A DNA stretch of 64,000 nucleotides from Chthoniobacteraceae bacterium (GCA_040081625.1 JBEBGD010000004.1:32001-96000), one strand, 5' to 3'. Shown: positions 45,943-60,202, numbered from the stretch's first letter. The notes: generated from the letters alone by a model not told the origin. A program made the numbers and translations.

Positions 45943-47533
45943 ACACCCGCCAGTCGAGGTTCGGGAAGATGTTGTCGCGCCACTCGCTGTCCTCGAGGAA
46001 CTGCTCATCGACGAACTCCGCGAGCACCTGGTCGTAGAGACGCGTGAAGCGGAGGACGTGCTGCTTCGTGCGCCGCGTCGCGTAGTTGCGCGCCGTGCCG
46101 GTCTTCATGAGGAAGGCCCAGTCGCTGGCCTGCGCGAGTAAAAGTTCGCGCGCCATCTGCGCGAGTGCGCGATCGACCAGTGGCGGCAATTTCTCGCGAC
46201 GGATGTAGATGCGGGCGAGTTCGGTCATACGACGCGCGGCGGCGTGGAGATGGGGATAAATCCACTGGTTGGATTCGTCGAGCCAGACTTCCCAGTATCC
46301 GTGGTTCCCCCAGCTCGACGTGCCCGGCGCGACCAGTTGCAGCGTCTGGTTCTGCGCGAGGTATCGGCTGGGCGTGGTGAAGGTGAACTCCGCCTGGTCA
46401 TACGCGGCCTTGCGGATGAAGAGCTCGAGCCACTCCACGCCCTCGAACCACCAGTGCCCGAAAAGCTCCGCGTCGAATGGCGCGACGATGATCGGCGGCA
46501 CATCCATCAACTCGCGGAGCTGCGCGATCTGCTGCGCGCGCTGCGCCATGAAATGCGACGAGTGCGCCTCGACCGCGGCCATCGCCCATGCGCGATTGTA
46601 GATCTCCTTCGCCGCCGGACCGCGCCCGGTGATGCGGTGGTATTTGAGCCCCGTGAATTTCTGCCGGCCGTCCGGGCCGAGGAACGGACGCATGTATTCC
46701 TGGGAAAGATCGAAGCCGATGTCGCGGTAGAAATCGCGATACGCCGGGTCGCCGGGGTAGCCGACCTCGGCGCTCCAGACCTGGCGCGAAGACTCGCGAT
46801 CCCGCCCGAACACCGCCGGGCCCGCGGGCGTGAAGACCGGGGCGTAGATCGCGTATTGCGGACGCGGCGTGCCAAACACGAGGCCGTGCGCATCGAGCAC
46901 GAACCACCGGATTTCCTCCTCGGCGAGGAACGACTCGAGCCCGCAAAAGTAAGCGCACTCGGGCAGCCAGATGCCGCGCGGATCGCGACCGAAGATCTCG
47001 CGGTGATGCTCGCGGGCGATGCGGATCTGCGCATGCACGGCCTCGGGGAACTCCTCCATCAGCGGCAGGAACCCGTGCGTCGCGGCGCACGTGATGATCT
47101 CGATGATGCCGCGCTCTTCGAGCACCGCGAACGCGCCGACCAGATCGCGCCGCCAGCGCTCCTCCCACGCCTGCCGGGCGCGCGTCAGCCGGTCGTGGTA
47201 AAGCCGCACGACCTCGCCGAGCGCCGCGTCGTCGCGGGTGCGGTGCAGCTCGCTTTCCACGAGCGCGAGAGAGCGATCGAGCTGCCGCGTGTAGCGCTCC
47301 TGGAGCAGCGGATCGCGCAGCATGTGGCAGAGCGGCGGCGTGAGCGAGATGGTCAGCGCAAACGGAACGCCGTCGTCCGCGAGCCGGTGCAGCGCATCGA
47401 GCAGCGGGAGGTAGGTCTCGGTGATCGCCTCGTAGAGCCAGTCCTCCTCGAGAAATTCCTCGTGCTCCGGGTGGCGCACATACGGCAGGTGCGCGTGGAG
47501 GATCAGGGCGAGGTAGCCGGCGGGGGCAGCCAT
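45935..47533 (-). CDS. GH57 1,4-alpha-glucan branching enzyme (DUF1957)
   Basis: HAHLPYVRH, EAITETYLP, GIWLPEC, FDAELFGHWWFEG and ASDWAF motifs. Confidence 0.95.
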   Translation of the reverse strand: MAAPAGYLALILHAHLPYVRHPEHEEFLEEDWLYEAITETYLPLLDALHRLADDGVPFALTISLTPPLCHMLRDPLLQERYTRQLDRSLALVESELHRTRDDAALGEVVRLYHDRLTRARQAWEERWRRDLVGAFAVLEERGIIEIITCAATHGFLPLMEEFPEAVHAQIRIAREHHREIFGRDPRGIWLPECAYFCGLESFLAEEEIRWFVLDAHGLVFGTPRPQYAIYAPVFTPAGPAVFGRDRESSRQVWSAEVGYPGDPAYRDFYRDIGFDLSQEYMRPFLGPDGRQKFTGLKYHRITGRGPAAKEIYNRAWAMAAVEAHSSHFMAQRAQQIAQLRELMDVPPIIVAPFDAELFGHWWFEGVEWLELFIRKAAYDQAEFTFTTPSRYLAQNQTLQLVAPGTSSWGNHGYWEVWLDESNQWIYPHLHAAARRMTELARIYIRREKLPPLVDRALAQMARELLLAQASDWAFLMKTGTARNYATRRTKQHVLRFTRLYDQVLAEFVDEQFLEDSEWRDNIFPNLDWRVYA

Positions 47534-47569
47534 GCGCGTGTGGGCTGGAGCGGGTCGTGGTCGCGCCGC

Positions 47570-48268
47570 TCAGCGCAGGGCTGGCGCAGCCGCGGCATCG
47601 CCCGCGACCGGCTGCTCGCGCTTGATCCAGCCGAGATCGTAAAAGACCTCGATGAAGTTGATCTGCTTCACGGCCGGGAAGCTGCGCAGCGCGCTCGCGA
47701 TCCACTCGCGGGCCTTCGCGTCGTTGCCATGCGCGAAATCCCACGCGGAATGGGCGTAAAAGGAGATCGGCGTGTCGTTGATGAGCGGGATCGCCTCCAG
47801 CCGCGCACGCGCCTGCACGTCGTTCTTCTCGAGCAGGTAGGTCAGGAAGATGCGGAACTTGATCAGGTCATTGCCCTTCTCCTCCTTGAGCAAATCCTCG
47901 AGCACCGCGCGCGCTTCCGCATACTGGCCCTGGATGAAGGGAATCTCCGCGAGGTTGAAGCGGGCCGGGAAAAACTTCGGGTCGAGCTTGAGCGCCTTCT
48001 GGCAAAAGTCCCGCCCCTCGTCGAAGCGCTTCCCCTCGATCGCGATCGCACCGAGGATGTTCAGCGACATCGTCGTCGGCTTGTGGGCCGCGTCGGCTTT
48101 CTCGATCGTCTCGCGCGCCTTGCCGAAATCGCGAACCGTGAACGCCTTCATCGCCTCGATGATCGCGTCGCGGTAAGTGGTCGGGGCGTCCTTGAGCGGA
48201 TCCTCGGCCGCGGTGGCGAGGCCGGAGACGAGCACTGCAAAGAAGGAGGCAAACAGGATGGGGCGCAT
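47570..48268 (-). CDS. Exported tetratricopeptide-repeat protein
   Basis: Signal peptide; TPR-like KALKLDPKFFPARFNLAEI. Confidence 0.8.
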   Translation of the reverse strand: MRPILFASFFAVLVSGLATAAEDPLKDAPTTYRDAIIEAMKAFTVRDFGKARETIEKADAAHKPTTMSLNILGAIAIEGKRFDEGRDFCQKALKLDPKFFPARFNLAEIPFIQGQYAEARAVLEDLLKEEKGNDLIKFRIFLTYLLEKNDVQARARLEAIPLINDTPISFYAHSAWDFAHGNDAKAREWIASALRSFPAVKQINFIEVFYDLGWIKREQPVAGDAAAAPALR

Positions 48269-48327
48269 GGGTGACGAACGACTAGCCGACGCGCCGCGGA
48301 AAGGAACCTCGATTTTTTCCGCCGCCG

Positions 48328-48768
48328 CTACTTCTTCACGAACTTCTCGAGCTCGGCGATGAACGCCTTCGGCCCGCCCTCCATGTAGCCGAGCCGGCCG
48401 AGCACCTTCCCATCGCCATCGAGCACGAGCACCGTCGGGAAGCCCTCGATCTTGTATTTCTCCGCGAGCTTGTTGTTCGCGTCGGCCTGCGCCTTCGGCA
48501 GCGGCTTGATCTGCGGGAAGTCCACCATCACCAGCTCATACTTGTCCTTCACGTAGTCCTTGAACTCCGCCTTCGAGAAAATCTCCGCATCGAGCACCTT
48601 GCACCAGTGGCACCAGTCCGAGCCGGTGAAATCGACCAGCGCGGGCTTGCCGGAAGCCTTGGCCTTGGCGAGGCCCTTCTCGAAGTCATCCTCCCATCCG
48701 CCCTTGGCGAAAAGCGGCGCGGACAATGCGAACGTGAGGGCGAGAGCGGAGATGAGGCGGAGATTCAT
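48328..48768 (-). CDS. Exported thioredoxin-family protein
   Basis: FTGSDWCHWC and GFPT motifs; signal peptide. Confidence 0.92.
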   Translation of the reverse strand: MNLRLISALALTFALSAPLFAKGGWEDDFEKGLAKAKASGKPALVDFTGSDWCHWCKVLDAEIFSKAEFKDYVKDKYELVMVDFPQIKPLPKAQADANNKLAEKYKIEGFPTVLVLDGDGKVLGRLGYMEGGPKAFIAELEKFVKK

Positions 48769-48802
48769 GGTCGTGAAAAGACACGGCCTGCCGGGCACCC
48801 GT

Positions 48803-49705
48803 TCATTTCGCCTCCGAGAAATATTTCAGCCCCGCCGCGCCGATGACCGCCAGCACCCCGCCCACCGTCGCGCGGCGCGTGGGCCGTTCGCGATCGATCA
48901 GCCACGTCAGCAGCATCGTCACCAGCGGCGAAGTGGCCACGATCGGCAGCACGATCCCGCTCGGCGTCGTCCGCAGCGCCCATTGATAACACGCCACGCC
49001 AAGCGCCGGCCCCGAGAGCGCGTTCGCCACGATCAGCGGCGAAGCGCGCCGCCACTCCGCCGCGCCGAGCGTGCCGGGCTGCGGCCGCATCCGCTTGAAG
49101 AAGATGTATGCGAGCGCCGTGACCGTGATGCCCGCGAGGATGCGCTGATACGCCGCCGTGCCGCCATCGACCAGCGAGCCCGCCAGCGCCGCCACATCAT
49201 TCGCCTTGCGCGAAGTCACCGCCCCGAGCGCCTGCCCCGCCGCCGAGCCGACGCCGCAAGCGACGCCGATCCAAAACGTCGCGCGGCCGCCCTCGAAGCT
49301 GCGATCCGGCGCCAGCGCAAACGCGACCCCCGCGAGGATCACCGCCGAGCAGAGCACCTCCGAAGTGTGCAGCGTCGTGCCGAGCCACAGCCACTCGGCC
49401 AGCGCCGCGATCGGCGCGGCGAGGCATTGCGTGAGCAGGATCGTCAACCGCGGGCCGATCCGCTCGATCGACGCAAAGAGCGCCATGTCCCCGAGCCCGA
49501 AACCGATCACGCCGCTGAGAAAAAACCACGGCAACCCCGCGCCGCCGAGCCCTCCGCCAAACGCATGCGCCCACACCGCGAGCAGCACCGCCGCCAGCGT
49601 CATGCGCGAGAGATTCGCCGTCGCCCCGCCGACGATGCGCGAGGAGCGCGCGGCGGTGATGACCGAGAGCGAAAAGAAAACCGTGGTGAGAAGCGAAGCG
49701 AGCAC
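48803..49705 (-). CDS. DMT/EamA-family transporter
   Basis: About 10 TM helices; LSGVIGFGLGD and IGPR motifs. Confidence 0.88.
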   Translation of the reverse strand: MLASLLTTVFFSLSVITAARSSRIVGGATANLSRMTLAAVLLAVWAHAFGGGLGGAGLPWFFLSGVIGFGLGDMALFASIERIGPRLTILLTQCLAAPIAALAEWLWLGTTLHTSEVLCSAVILAGVAFALAPDRSFEGGRATFWIGVACGVGSAAGQALGAVTSRKANDVAALAGSLVDGGTAAYQRILAGITVTALAYIFFKRMRPQPGTLGAAEWRRASPLIVANALSGPALGVACYQWALRTTPSGIVLPIVATSPLVTMLLTWLIDRERPTRRATVGGVLAVIGAAGLKYFSEAK

Positions 49706-49762
49706 GAGGCCGCGCAGTAAGCCGCACCCTCCGCGGCGTGGCAAAGCAAAGCGCCGGGAACG

Positions 49763-50413
49763 CTAAGGCGAGAGGCGCTCGATCTTCCAGCCCTCGACGG
49801 TGCGTGTGTAGCGAAGGCGGTCGTGCAGGCGGCTGCGGCGGCCCTGCCAGAATTCGATGGTGCGCGGGATGACGCGGAAGCCGCCCCAGTTCGGCGGGCA
49901 CGGGATGTTAGCTTCGCCGTGTTGCGCCCTGGCTTCGTCGTAGCGCTGCTCGAGCACGGCGCGGTCGGGGATGGCTTCGCTCTGCGTCGAGGCCCACGCG
50001 CCGAGCTGGCTGGCGATGGGGCGGCTGGCGAAATAGGCTTCGCTCTCCTCGCGGCCGGTGGGCGCGGCGTGGCCGATGATATGCACCTGCCGCTCGAGCG
50101 GCAGCCAGAGGAAGGTGAGCGAGCAGCGCGGCTCGCGCAGGAGGTGGCGGGCCTTGGCGCTTTCGTAGTTCGTGAAGAAGGTGAAGCCGCGCTGGTCGCA
50201 GGCTTTCAATAGTAACGTGCGCGTCCACGGCTGGCCCTGGTCATCGACGGTGGCGAGGATCATGGCGTTCGGCTCGGGGATCTGCTGCCCGGTGGCTTCG
50301 TGCAGCCAGTGGTGGAATTGCTCGACGGGGTCGGGCGCGAGGTCGGCCCGGCGCAGGCCGCGCTGGGCGTAGTCGAGGCGGAGGGCGGCGAGTTGTTCGG
50401 GCGTCAGTGGCAT
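49763..50413 (-). CDS. pdxH: Pyridoxamine 5'-phosphate oxidase
   Basis: EPNAMILAT, FFTNYESAK, YFASRP and IEFWQGRRSRLHDR motifs. Confidence 0.97.
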   Translation of the reverse strand: MPLTPEQLAALRLDYAQRGLRRADLAPDPVEQFHHWLHEATGQQIPEPNAMILATVDDQGQPWTRTLLLKACDQRGFTFFTNYESAKARHLLREPRCSLTFLWLPLERQVHIIGHAAPTGREESEAYFASRPIASQLGAWASTQSEAIPDRAVLEQRYDEARAQHGEANIPCPPNWGGFRVIPRTIEFWQGRRSRLHDRLRYTRTVEGWKIERLSP

Positions 50414-50414
50414 T

Positions 50415-51023
50415 TCAGTCCTGGAGAAAGGGATTGGTGGTGCGCTCGCGGCCGAGGGTGGTGGCGGGGCCGTGGCCGGGGAGCACTTTCACGTCGTCGC
50501 CGAGCGGGAAGAGCTTCGTGCGGATGCCGCCGAAGAGCAGGTCGCGGTCGCCGCCGGGCAGGTCCCAGCGGCCGACGCCGCCGGCGAAGAGCACGTCGCC
50601 GCCGAAGAGGACGCGCGTGGCTTTCCAAAGCAGGCAGAGGCTGCCGGGGCAGTGGCCGGGGACGTGGAGCACGTGGAAATCGATGCCCTGGAGTTCGAGC
50701 GCGGGCGCTTCGTCGATGATCTCGCCGCCGGTGACGGGCTCGATTTCCCACTGGAAACCGAGCTTCAGGAAGAAGTCGCGCTCGGTGATCATCGGCTGGG
50801 TGAGCGGGTGGAAGGCGACGCGGCAGCCGTGTTCGCGCTGGATGCGGGCGGCGTCCCAGACGTGGTCGATGTGGCCGTGGGTGAGCACGAGCAGTTCGAC
50901 GCGATGGCCGCTGGCGCGCAGCCAGTCGGCGGTGTCCTGCGGGGCGTCGATGAGCACGTTGGCGCCGGGCACGAAGAAGCAGTTCGTGTCGAAGACGCCG
51001 CCGGTGAATGTGTCGATCTGCAT
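50415..51023 (-). CDS. MBL-fold metallo-hydrolase (YcbL/GloC-like)
   Basis: THGHIDH, PGHCPG, GDVLF and PGHG motifs. Confidence 0.92.
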   Translation of the reverse strand: MQIDTFTGGVFDTNCFFVPGANVLIDAPQDTADWLRASGHRVELLVLTHGHIDHVWDAARIQREHGCRVAFHPLTQPMITERDFFLKLGFQWEIEPVTGGEIIDEAPALELQGIDFHVLHVPGHCPGSLCLLWKATRVLFGGDVLFAGGVGRWDLPGGDRDLLFGGIRTKLFPLGDDVKVLPGHGPATTLGRERTTNPFLQD

Positions 51024-51146
51024 GGGCGGACCCATACGGACGGGGCGGCGGGTGACGAGAGAAACCTGCGCCGCAGAGCCGCCAAAACTGACGCGATGCC
51101 CGCCTTGTGCTTTATGGAAGTTCTGCAAATGTCGCCCGCCGATTCT

Positions 51147-53375
51147 ATGAAGTTTTCCCGTTCCTTCATCTGCCTGCTCACCGCCGCCACCCTAAGCTTG
51201 GGCCCCGCGACCTTCCATGCCGCCGCCGAACCGGAGCCCGGACAGATCATCATTTCGGTCGGGCGCCTGCTCGAGCAAGGCCACTACAGCCGGCGCAAGA
51301 TCGACGACAAACTCTCGCGCGAGCTGCTGAAGAACTACCTCGATGCGCTCGACTACAATCACCTCTTCTTCACGCAGAAGGATGTCGATGCCCTCACGAA
51401 GAAATACGAGACCTCGCTCGACGACGACATCCTGCTCGGCAACCCGGAGCCGGCTTATGTGATCTACGAGCTTTACCGCAAGCGGGTCACCGAGCGGGCA
51501 GCGAAGGTCAAGACACTGCTCAAGGAGCCCTTCGACTTCAAGGGCACGCGCACCGTGGAGATCAACCGGCAGAAAGCGCCGTGGCCCAAGGACGAGGCGG
51601 CGGCCGACCAGATCTGGCGCGACCGCACGGAGAACGAGTTGCTCGCCGAGCAGCTCGGCAAGACCGAGAAGAAGGCGATCGCCCCCGGCGCCAAGGACCA
51701 GCCGATCGTCGAGAAAGCTCCCAAGGCGGAGACTGATCCGATCGAGCGCATCACCAAGCGCTACGACCGGCTCCTGCGCAGCATCGGCGAGCAGACCAAG
51801 GACGACATGGTGAAGATGTTCCTGTCCACGCTCTCGCAGACCTACGACCCGCACAGCGAATACCTCAGCAAGAGCGAGCTGGAAAACTTCGCCATCAACA
51901 TGCGACTCGCGCTCGTCGGCATCGGCGCGGTGCTCCAGAGCGACGAAGGTCTTGCAAAAATCATGGAGCTGGTCCCCGGTGGCCCGGCCTCGCGCAGCGG
52001 GGAGATCAAGGTCGGCGACCGCATCTCCGGCGTGGCGCAGGGGGACAAGGAGTTCATCGATACCCTGGACATGAAGCTCGACAAGGTCGTCGAGATGATC
52101 CGCGGCAAGAAGGACACGATCGTGCGGCTGCGCGTGCTGCCGGTGAACGCGACCGATCCGAGCCTGCGCAAGATCGTGGAGATCAAGCGCGACGAGATCA
52201 AGCTCAAGGACCAGGAAGCGAGGGCGGAACTGATCGAGCGCCCGATGCCCGACGGCACCACGCAGCGGCTCGGCTGGATCGTGCTGCCCTCATTTTACGC
52301 CGACATGGAGCACAGCGGCTCCGCGACCGCCAAGAGCACCACGCGCGACGTGCTCGCGCTGCTGAACCGGCTCAAGCAGGAGAACATCAGCGGCCTGGTG
52401 ATCGACCTGCGCCGCGACGGCGGCGGCGCGCTCGACGAGGCGGTGAACCTCACCGGCCTCTTCATCAAGCGCGGCCCGGTCGTGCAGGCCAAGGATTCCA
52501 ACGGCAACATCCACGTCCAGCGCGACCGCGACAGCACCATCGCCTACGACGGCCCGCTGATGGTGCTGACCAACAAGCTCAGCGCCAGCGCGAGCGAGAT
52601 CTTCGCCGCCGCGCTGCAGGACTACGGGCGCGCGGTGATCGTGGGCGACTCGAGCACCTTCGGCAAAGGCACGGTGCAAAACATGATCGAGATCGGCCGG
52701 GTGATGCCCTTCCTCGGCGGCGGCAACGATGCCGGCGCGCTCAAGCTGACGATCCAGAAATTCTACCGCATCGCGGGCGGTTCGACGCAGCTCAAGGGCG
52801 TGCTGCCCGACGTGAAGCTCCCCTCTTCCACCGACCACCCCGAGATCGGCGAAGGCGCGCTCAAGGGCCCGCTCGCCTACGACACCGTCGATCCCGTGCC
52901 TTTCGAGCGCTGGAGCGGCAGCTTGTTCAAGACCGACCTCGCCGAGCGCAGCGCAGTGCGCGTGGCGGCCGATCCGGAGTTTCGCTACATCGTCGAAGAC
53001 ACGGCGCTCGTGAACAAACGGCTCGCCGACAATCGCCTCTCGCTAAACCTCGAGAAGCGGAAAGCGGAGATCGAAGAAGAAAAAGCCCGCAAGGACTCGC
53101 GCAAGACCGCTCGCGCCGAAACGAAACCCGCCAACGAGAAGCGCTTCATCATCACGCTCGACACCGTCACCAACCCGAAGCTCCTGCCCGCCGAGGAAAA
53201 GGAGAAACAGGACGCCGCAGCGCGCAAAGAACGCGCCAAGCCCGACGACGCCGATGACGAGGACGAGAGCGACACGCCGGAAAAACTCGTCGATGCAGTC
53301 CGCAACGAAACGCTGAACATCCTCGGCGACCTCGTCGAACTCAACCGCGCGAAGACCGCGGCGGCCACGAAGTAA
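51147..53375 (+). CDS. prc: Carboxy-terminal processing (tail-specific) protease, S41 with PDZ
   Basis: YDPHSEY, GIGAVL, IDLRRDGGG, SASASEIFAAALQDY, TFGKGTVQ and GGSTQ motifs. Confidence 0.93.
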   Translation: MKFSRSFICLLTAATLSLGPATFHAAAEPEPGQIIISVGRLLEQGHYSRRKIDDKLSRELLKNYLDALDYNHLFFTQKDVDALTKKYETSLDDDILLGNPEPAYVIYELYRKRVTERAAKVKTLLKEPFDFKGTRTVEINRQKAPWPKDEAAADQIWRDRTENELLAEQLGKTEKKAIAPGAKDQPIVEKAPKAETDPIERITKRYDRLLRSIGEQTKDDMVKMFLSTLSQTYDPHSEYLSKSELENFAINMRLALVGIGAVLQSDEGLAKIMELVPGGPASRSGEIKVGDRISGVAQGDKEFIDTLDMKLDKVVEMIRGKKDTIVRLRVLPVNATDPSLRKIVEIKRDEIKLKDQEARAELIERPMPDGTTQRLGWIVLPSFYADMEHSGSATAKSTTRDVLALLNRLKQENISGLVIDLRRDGGGALDEAVNLTGLFIKRGPVVQAKDSNGNIHVQRDRDSTIAYDGPLMVLTNKLSASASEIFAAALQDYGRAVIVGDSSTFGKGTVQNMIEIGRVMPFLGGGNDAGALKLTIQKFYRIAGGSTQLKGVLPDVKLPSSTDHPEIGEGALKGPLAYDTVDPVPFERWSGSLFKTDLAERSAVRVAADPEFRYIVEDTALVNKRLADNRLSLNLEKRKAEIEEEKARKDSRKTARAETKPANEKRFIITLDTVTNPKLLPAEEKEKQDAAARKERAKPDDADDEDESDTPEKLVDAVRNETLNILGDLVELNRAKTAAATK

Positions 53376-53381
53376 CGCGCC

Positions 53382-53813
53382 CTACGCCGTCGTCGCGAGT
53401 TGCACGGTGAAGCGGACGCGTTCGCCCGCGGTGAGCCGCACGTCGCACACGCGCAACCCGGGAATCTTCAAGTCCGCGACCTGAAAGGACCGGCCGCGGA
53501 ATTTCGCCAACTGCGGCTCGATCGCGGCGCTCGCGAGGCTCGCGAGCATCCCGCCTTCCTCGATGCTCAGGTCGGTGACGGTCGCGCGAAGGTCGTCGTC
53601 GATCTCCGCACAACCCAGGACGACCAGGGTCGTCGAAACGATCATCGCTTTGACATCGCACTCGACCTTGAACTCCAAAGCCCGCGACGAGACCGCGGAC
53701 AAGGTGAGTCGCGTTTCCTTCACAGCCAGACCGCGCTCTGCCGCCAGCGACGATACGATCGCGTGGAGCGCCGATTGAAGTTCGCGATGGGAGCAGTCGA
53801 AATGGAATTCCAC
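53382..53813 (-). CDS. Hypothetical protein
   Basis: 143-aa ORF filling the gap, with plausible protein-like composition. Confidence 0.6.
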   Translation of the reverse strand: MEFHFDCSHRELQSALHAIVSSLAAERGLAVKETRLTLSAVSSRALEFKVECDVKAMIVSTTLVVLGCAEIDDDLRATVTDLSIEEGGMLASLASAAIEPQLAKFRGRSFQVADLKIPGLRVCDVRLTAGERVRFTVQLATTA

Positions 53814-53958
53814 GGGACGAGGGCGCGCAGCTAGAGCAGCGCTACGACCGGGTCAAGCGGTGCGGCGGAAAAGTTGCCGCCAGTCACGTCGCGCCCGCAA
53901 AAAATCGGTTGCCCGCTTCCCGGGGCAACCGCATATACGGCCCCCACCTGCCGGGAAT

Positions 53959-54033
53959 TCCTGAGTAGCTCAGCGGTAGAGCAATCGGCTGTTAACCGAT
54001 CGGTCGTAGGTTCGATCCCTACCTCAGGAGCCA
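53959..54033 (+). tRNA. tRNA-Asn (GTT)
   Basis: Acceptor TCCTGAG/CTCAGGA, D-arm GCTC/GAGC, anticodon ATCGG-CTGTTAA-CCGAT, T-loop TTCGATC, encoded CCA. Confidence 0.98.
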
Positions 54034-54136
54034 CCGGGTCCTCCCCGGATACCAACTCGAAAAGCTGCCGGTATTGCGGCGAACACGCCGGCGCCGCGAT
54101 CGCACGACGCCCAGGTCTTGACCGCGCGCTTCGGAT

Positions 54137-57772
<3,636 letters not shown>

Positions 57773-57829
57773 GAGCGGACGCAAACGATACGGCGCAGCG
57801 GCGGAGCGTGAAGCGGGAATTCGCGTCAG

Positions 57830-58408
57830 CTACAGCCCGGTCCGCGCGTAGATCGCGTCGAGCGGGATCTCGCACTCGATCTGCGGGAAGCGGAGAGCGC
57901 TCCCCGCATCCGGCAGCACCTCGCGCGTCCACACGTTATCGCCGCGTCGGAAGGCGAGGATCTCGCGCCGGTCCTGCGCGACGAGCACGTAGGTGTGCAA
58001 CGTCGGGATCGTGCGATAAGCGATCGCCTTCTCGTGCCGGTCGCGGTCCTCACTGCTCGGGGAGAGCACCTCGACAATGATCGCTGGCGTGTCGCAGTAG
58101 AGCTTCTGCTGCCCGGCGGGATCGCAATTCACCATCACGTCCGGGTAGTAGAACCACTCGTCCCCGGCGCTCTCGATATGCGCCTTCATGTCGTTCATAA
58201 AGGGCGCGCACTTCTTCCCACGCAGCGCGACGTAGAGCTCTCCGAAAATGTTTCCGGCGATGTGATTGTGAGCAGTCGTCGCCCCCGCCATGTCATGCAC
58301 CGGGCGCAGTTCACCCGCGAGATACTCGTGGCGGATGTCGCTGAGGAGTTCCCCTTCGAGATAATCCTCCGGGCTGATCCACGTCTTAAGACTGCTGGCA
58401 GTGCTCAT
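57830..58408 (-). CDS. Uma2-family (DUF820) endonuclease
   Basis: EDYLEGE...RHEYLAG, MAGAT..H, YYPDVMV.C, VEVLSPS and YVLVAQD motifs. Confidence 0.92.
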   Translation of the reverse strand: MSTASSLKTWISPEDYLEGELLSDIRHEYLAGELRPVHDMAGATTAHNHIAGNIFGELYVALRGKKCAPFMNDMKAHIESAGDEWFYYPDVMVNCDPAGQQKLYCDTPAIIVEVLSPSSEDRDRHEKAIAYRTIPTLHTYVLVAQDRREILAFRRGDNVWTREVLPDAGSALRFPQIECEIPLDAIYARTGL

Positions 58409-58550
58409 GTGCGGACGGTGCGGGGCGCGCGGCGCCCTGTCAACGGGTCGAAAAATCCGCGTTGACACCCTATCTCGGCGTGATTGCACTCCCGCCCCAG
58501 GTTTCCCTCCGAAACCCTCTACCAACCTACAACCACATCCTCGTCACATC

Positions 58551-60140
58551 ATGTCAGCAAAAACTGAAGGCATCGCCCCCAACGCCAGCCGACTCCTCTG
58601 GGCCGGATTCATGGCCATCCTCGCCGCCGGCGTCGGCTACTCCGTCCGAGGCGGCATCCTCGGGCAGTGGGCCGAGCAATTCGGCTTCACCATGTCCGAG
58701 CTGGGCGCCATCACCGGCGGCGGCCTCACCGGCTTCGGCATCGTCATCATCCTCGGCTCGCTGATTGCGGACAAAGTCGGCTACGGCAAGCTGATGATCA
58801 CCGCATTCGTGCTGCACTTTCTCTCAGCGGTCATCACGCTCGCCGCGCCGGCTGCCTTCGCCGCAGGCGGCAAGGATGCGGCGTTCAACTGCCTCTTCTA
58901 CGGCATGTTCATCTTCGCCATTGGCAACGGCCTCGCCGAAACGGTCGTCAACCCCCTCACCGCCACGCTCTACCCGAACAACAAGACGCACTTCCTCAAT
59001 ATCCTCCACGCCGGCTGGCCTGCGGGACTCGTCCTCGGTGGACTCGCGGGTGCCCTCATGGCCGGCAAACCCGCCGATCCCGCGGCCGGCGCCGCCGCCG
59101 TGGCCGCGGTGGATTGGAAAATCCAGATGTCGCTCTTCATCATTCCCGTTGTCATCTACGGGGTAATGTTGCTCGGGCAGAAGTTCCCGAAATCCGAGGC
59201 CGAGTCCGCGGGCGTCACGCTCGGGCAAATGGTCAGCACGGTTTTCGCCCCGCTCATGCTCGTGCTGCTCGTCACTCACGCGCTCGTCGGCTACGTCGAA
59301 CTGGGCACCGACTCTTGGATCAGCAAGATCACCGGCTCGATCATGGGCAGCCCCGCGGCGGGGCTGAAGCTGTTCGTTTATACGTCGATGCTGATGTTCC
59401 TGCTGCGCTTCGTCGCCGGTCCCATCGTGCATCAAATCTCCCCGCTCGGCCTGCTCTTCGTCAGCGCCGTGCTCGGCGCGATTGGCCTCACGCTGCTCGG
59501 CAGCGCCGCGACCGTCACCGCGTGCATCGTCGCCGCGACCGTCTATGCACTCGGCAAGACGTTCCTCTGGCCGACGATGCTAGCCGTGGCCTCAGAGCGA
59601 TTCCCCAAAGGGGGCGCCGTCGCCATCGGCATGCTCGGCGGGGTCGGGATGCTCTCCGCCGGCTTGCTCGGCGGCCCCGCCATTGGCTTCAAGCAAGACT
59701 ACCACGCCTCGGCCAATCTCGAAACGACCGCCCCCGACGCCTACAGCCGCTACAAGGCAGGCAACGAGAAAGCGTTCTTCGGCTTCAAGACTGTCGGCCT
59801 AGATGGCGCGAAAGTCGGCGTGCTCGAAGACGGCGGAAAAGAACTTAACCGAGCCGGCACCCTTCTCGCCAAGGAGAACAAACAGGACGCCAATCACGCC
59901 AAACTCGCCGCGTGGTGGGAAACTGCGCAGGCCAGTGCCGACGCCGACAAAAAGCCGGTGCAGGCCGCCGGCATCCACGGCGGCAAGACCGCGCTCAAGC
60001 TCACCGCCTACGTGCCGATGGCGATGGCGGTAATCTATCTACTGCTCATCATCTATTTCAAAGCCACGGGCGGCTACAAAGCGCTGCATGTGTCCGGGGA
60101 GCAAATCGCCGGCGGTGTGCAAGGTCCGGGCCAAGGCTAG
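58551..60140 (+). CDS. MFS transporter
   Basis: About 12 TM helices; ADKVGYG, NILHAGWPAG and LGKTFLWPTML motifs. Confidence 0.9.
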   Translation: MSAKTEGIAPNASRLLWAGFMAILAAGVGYSVRGGILGQWAEQFGFTMSELGAITGGGLTGFGIVIILGSLIADKVGYGKLMITAFVLHFLSAVITLAAPAAFAAGGKDAAFNCLFYGMFIFAIGNGLAETVVNPLTATLYPNNKTHFLNILHAGWPAGLVLGGLAGALMAGKPADPAAGAAAVAAVDWKIQMSLFIIPVVIYGVMLLGQKFPKSEAESAGVTLGQMVSTVFAPLMLVLLVTHALVGYVELGTDSWISKITGSIMGSPAAGLKLFVYTSMLMFLLRFVAGPIVHQISPLGLLFVSAVLGAIGLTLLGSAATVTACIVAATVYALGKTFLWPTMLAVASERFPKGGAVAIGMLGGVGMLSAGLLGGPAIGFKQDYHASANLETTAPDAYSRYKAGNEKAFFGFKTVGLDGAKVGVLEDGGKELNRAGTLLAKENKQDANHAKLAAWWETAQASADADKKPVQAAGIHGGKTALKLTAYVPMAMAVIYLLLIIYFKATGGYKALHVSGEQIAGGVQGPGQG

Positions 60141-60163
60141 GCGATCAGCAGCGACATCCTCAC

Positions 60164-60199
60164 GCAAAGGGCGGGGCTTCGGCTCCGCCCTTTTGCTTT
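60164..60199. terminator. Intrinsic (probably bidirectional) terminator
   Basis: AAAGGGCGGGGC-TTCG-GCTCCGCCCTTTT between convergent genes. Confidence 0.85.
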
Positions 60200-60202
60200 C
60201 CA

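Noticed and set aside
53959..54136. tRNA-Asn as an integration site
   Set aside because: No integrase and no duplicated tRNA 3' end were seen; dnaE follows directly.
57830..58408. Uma2 nuclease as a defence system
   Set aside because: A solitary member of a commonly expanded family with no partner genes.
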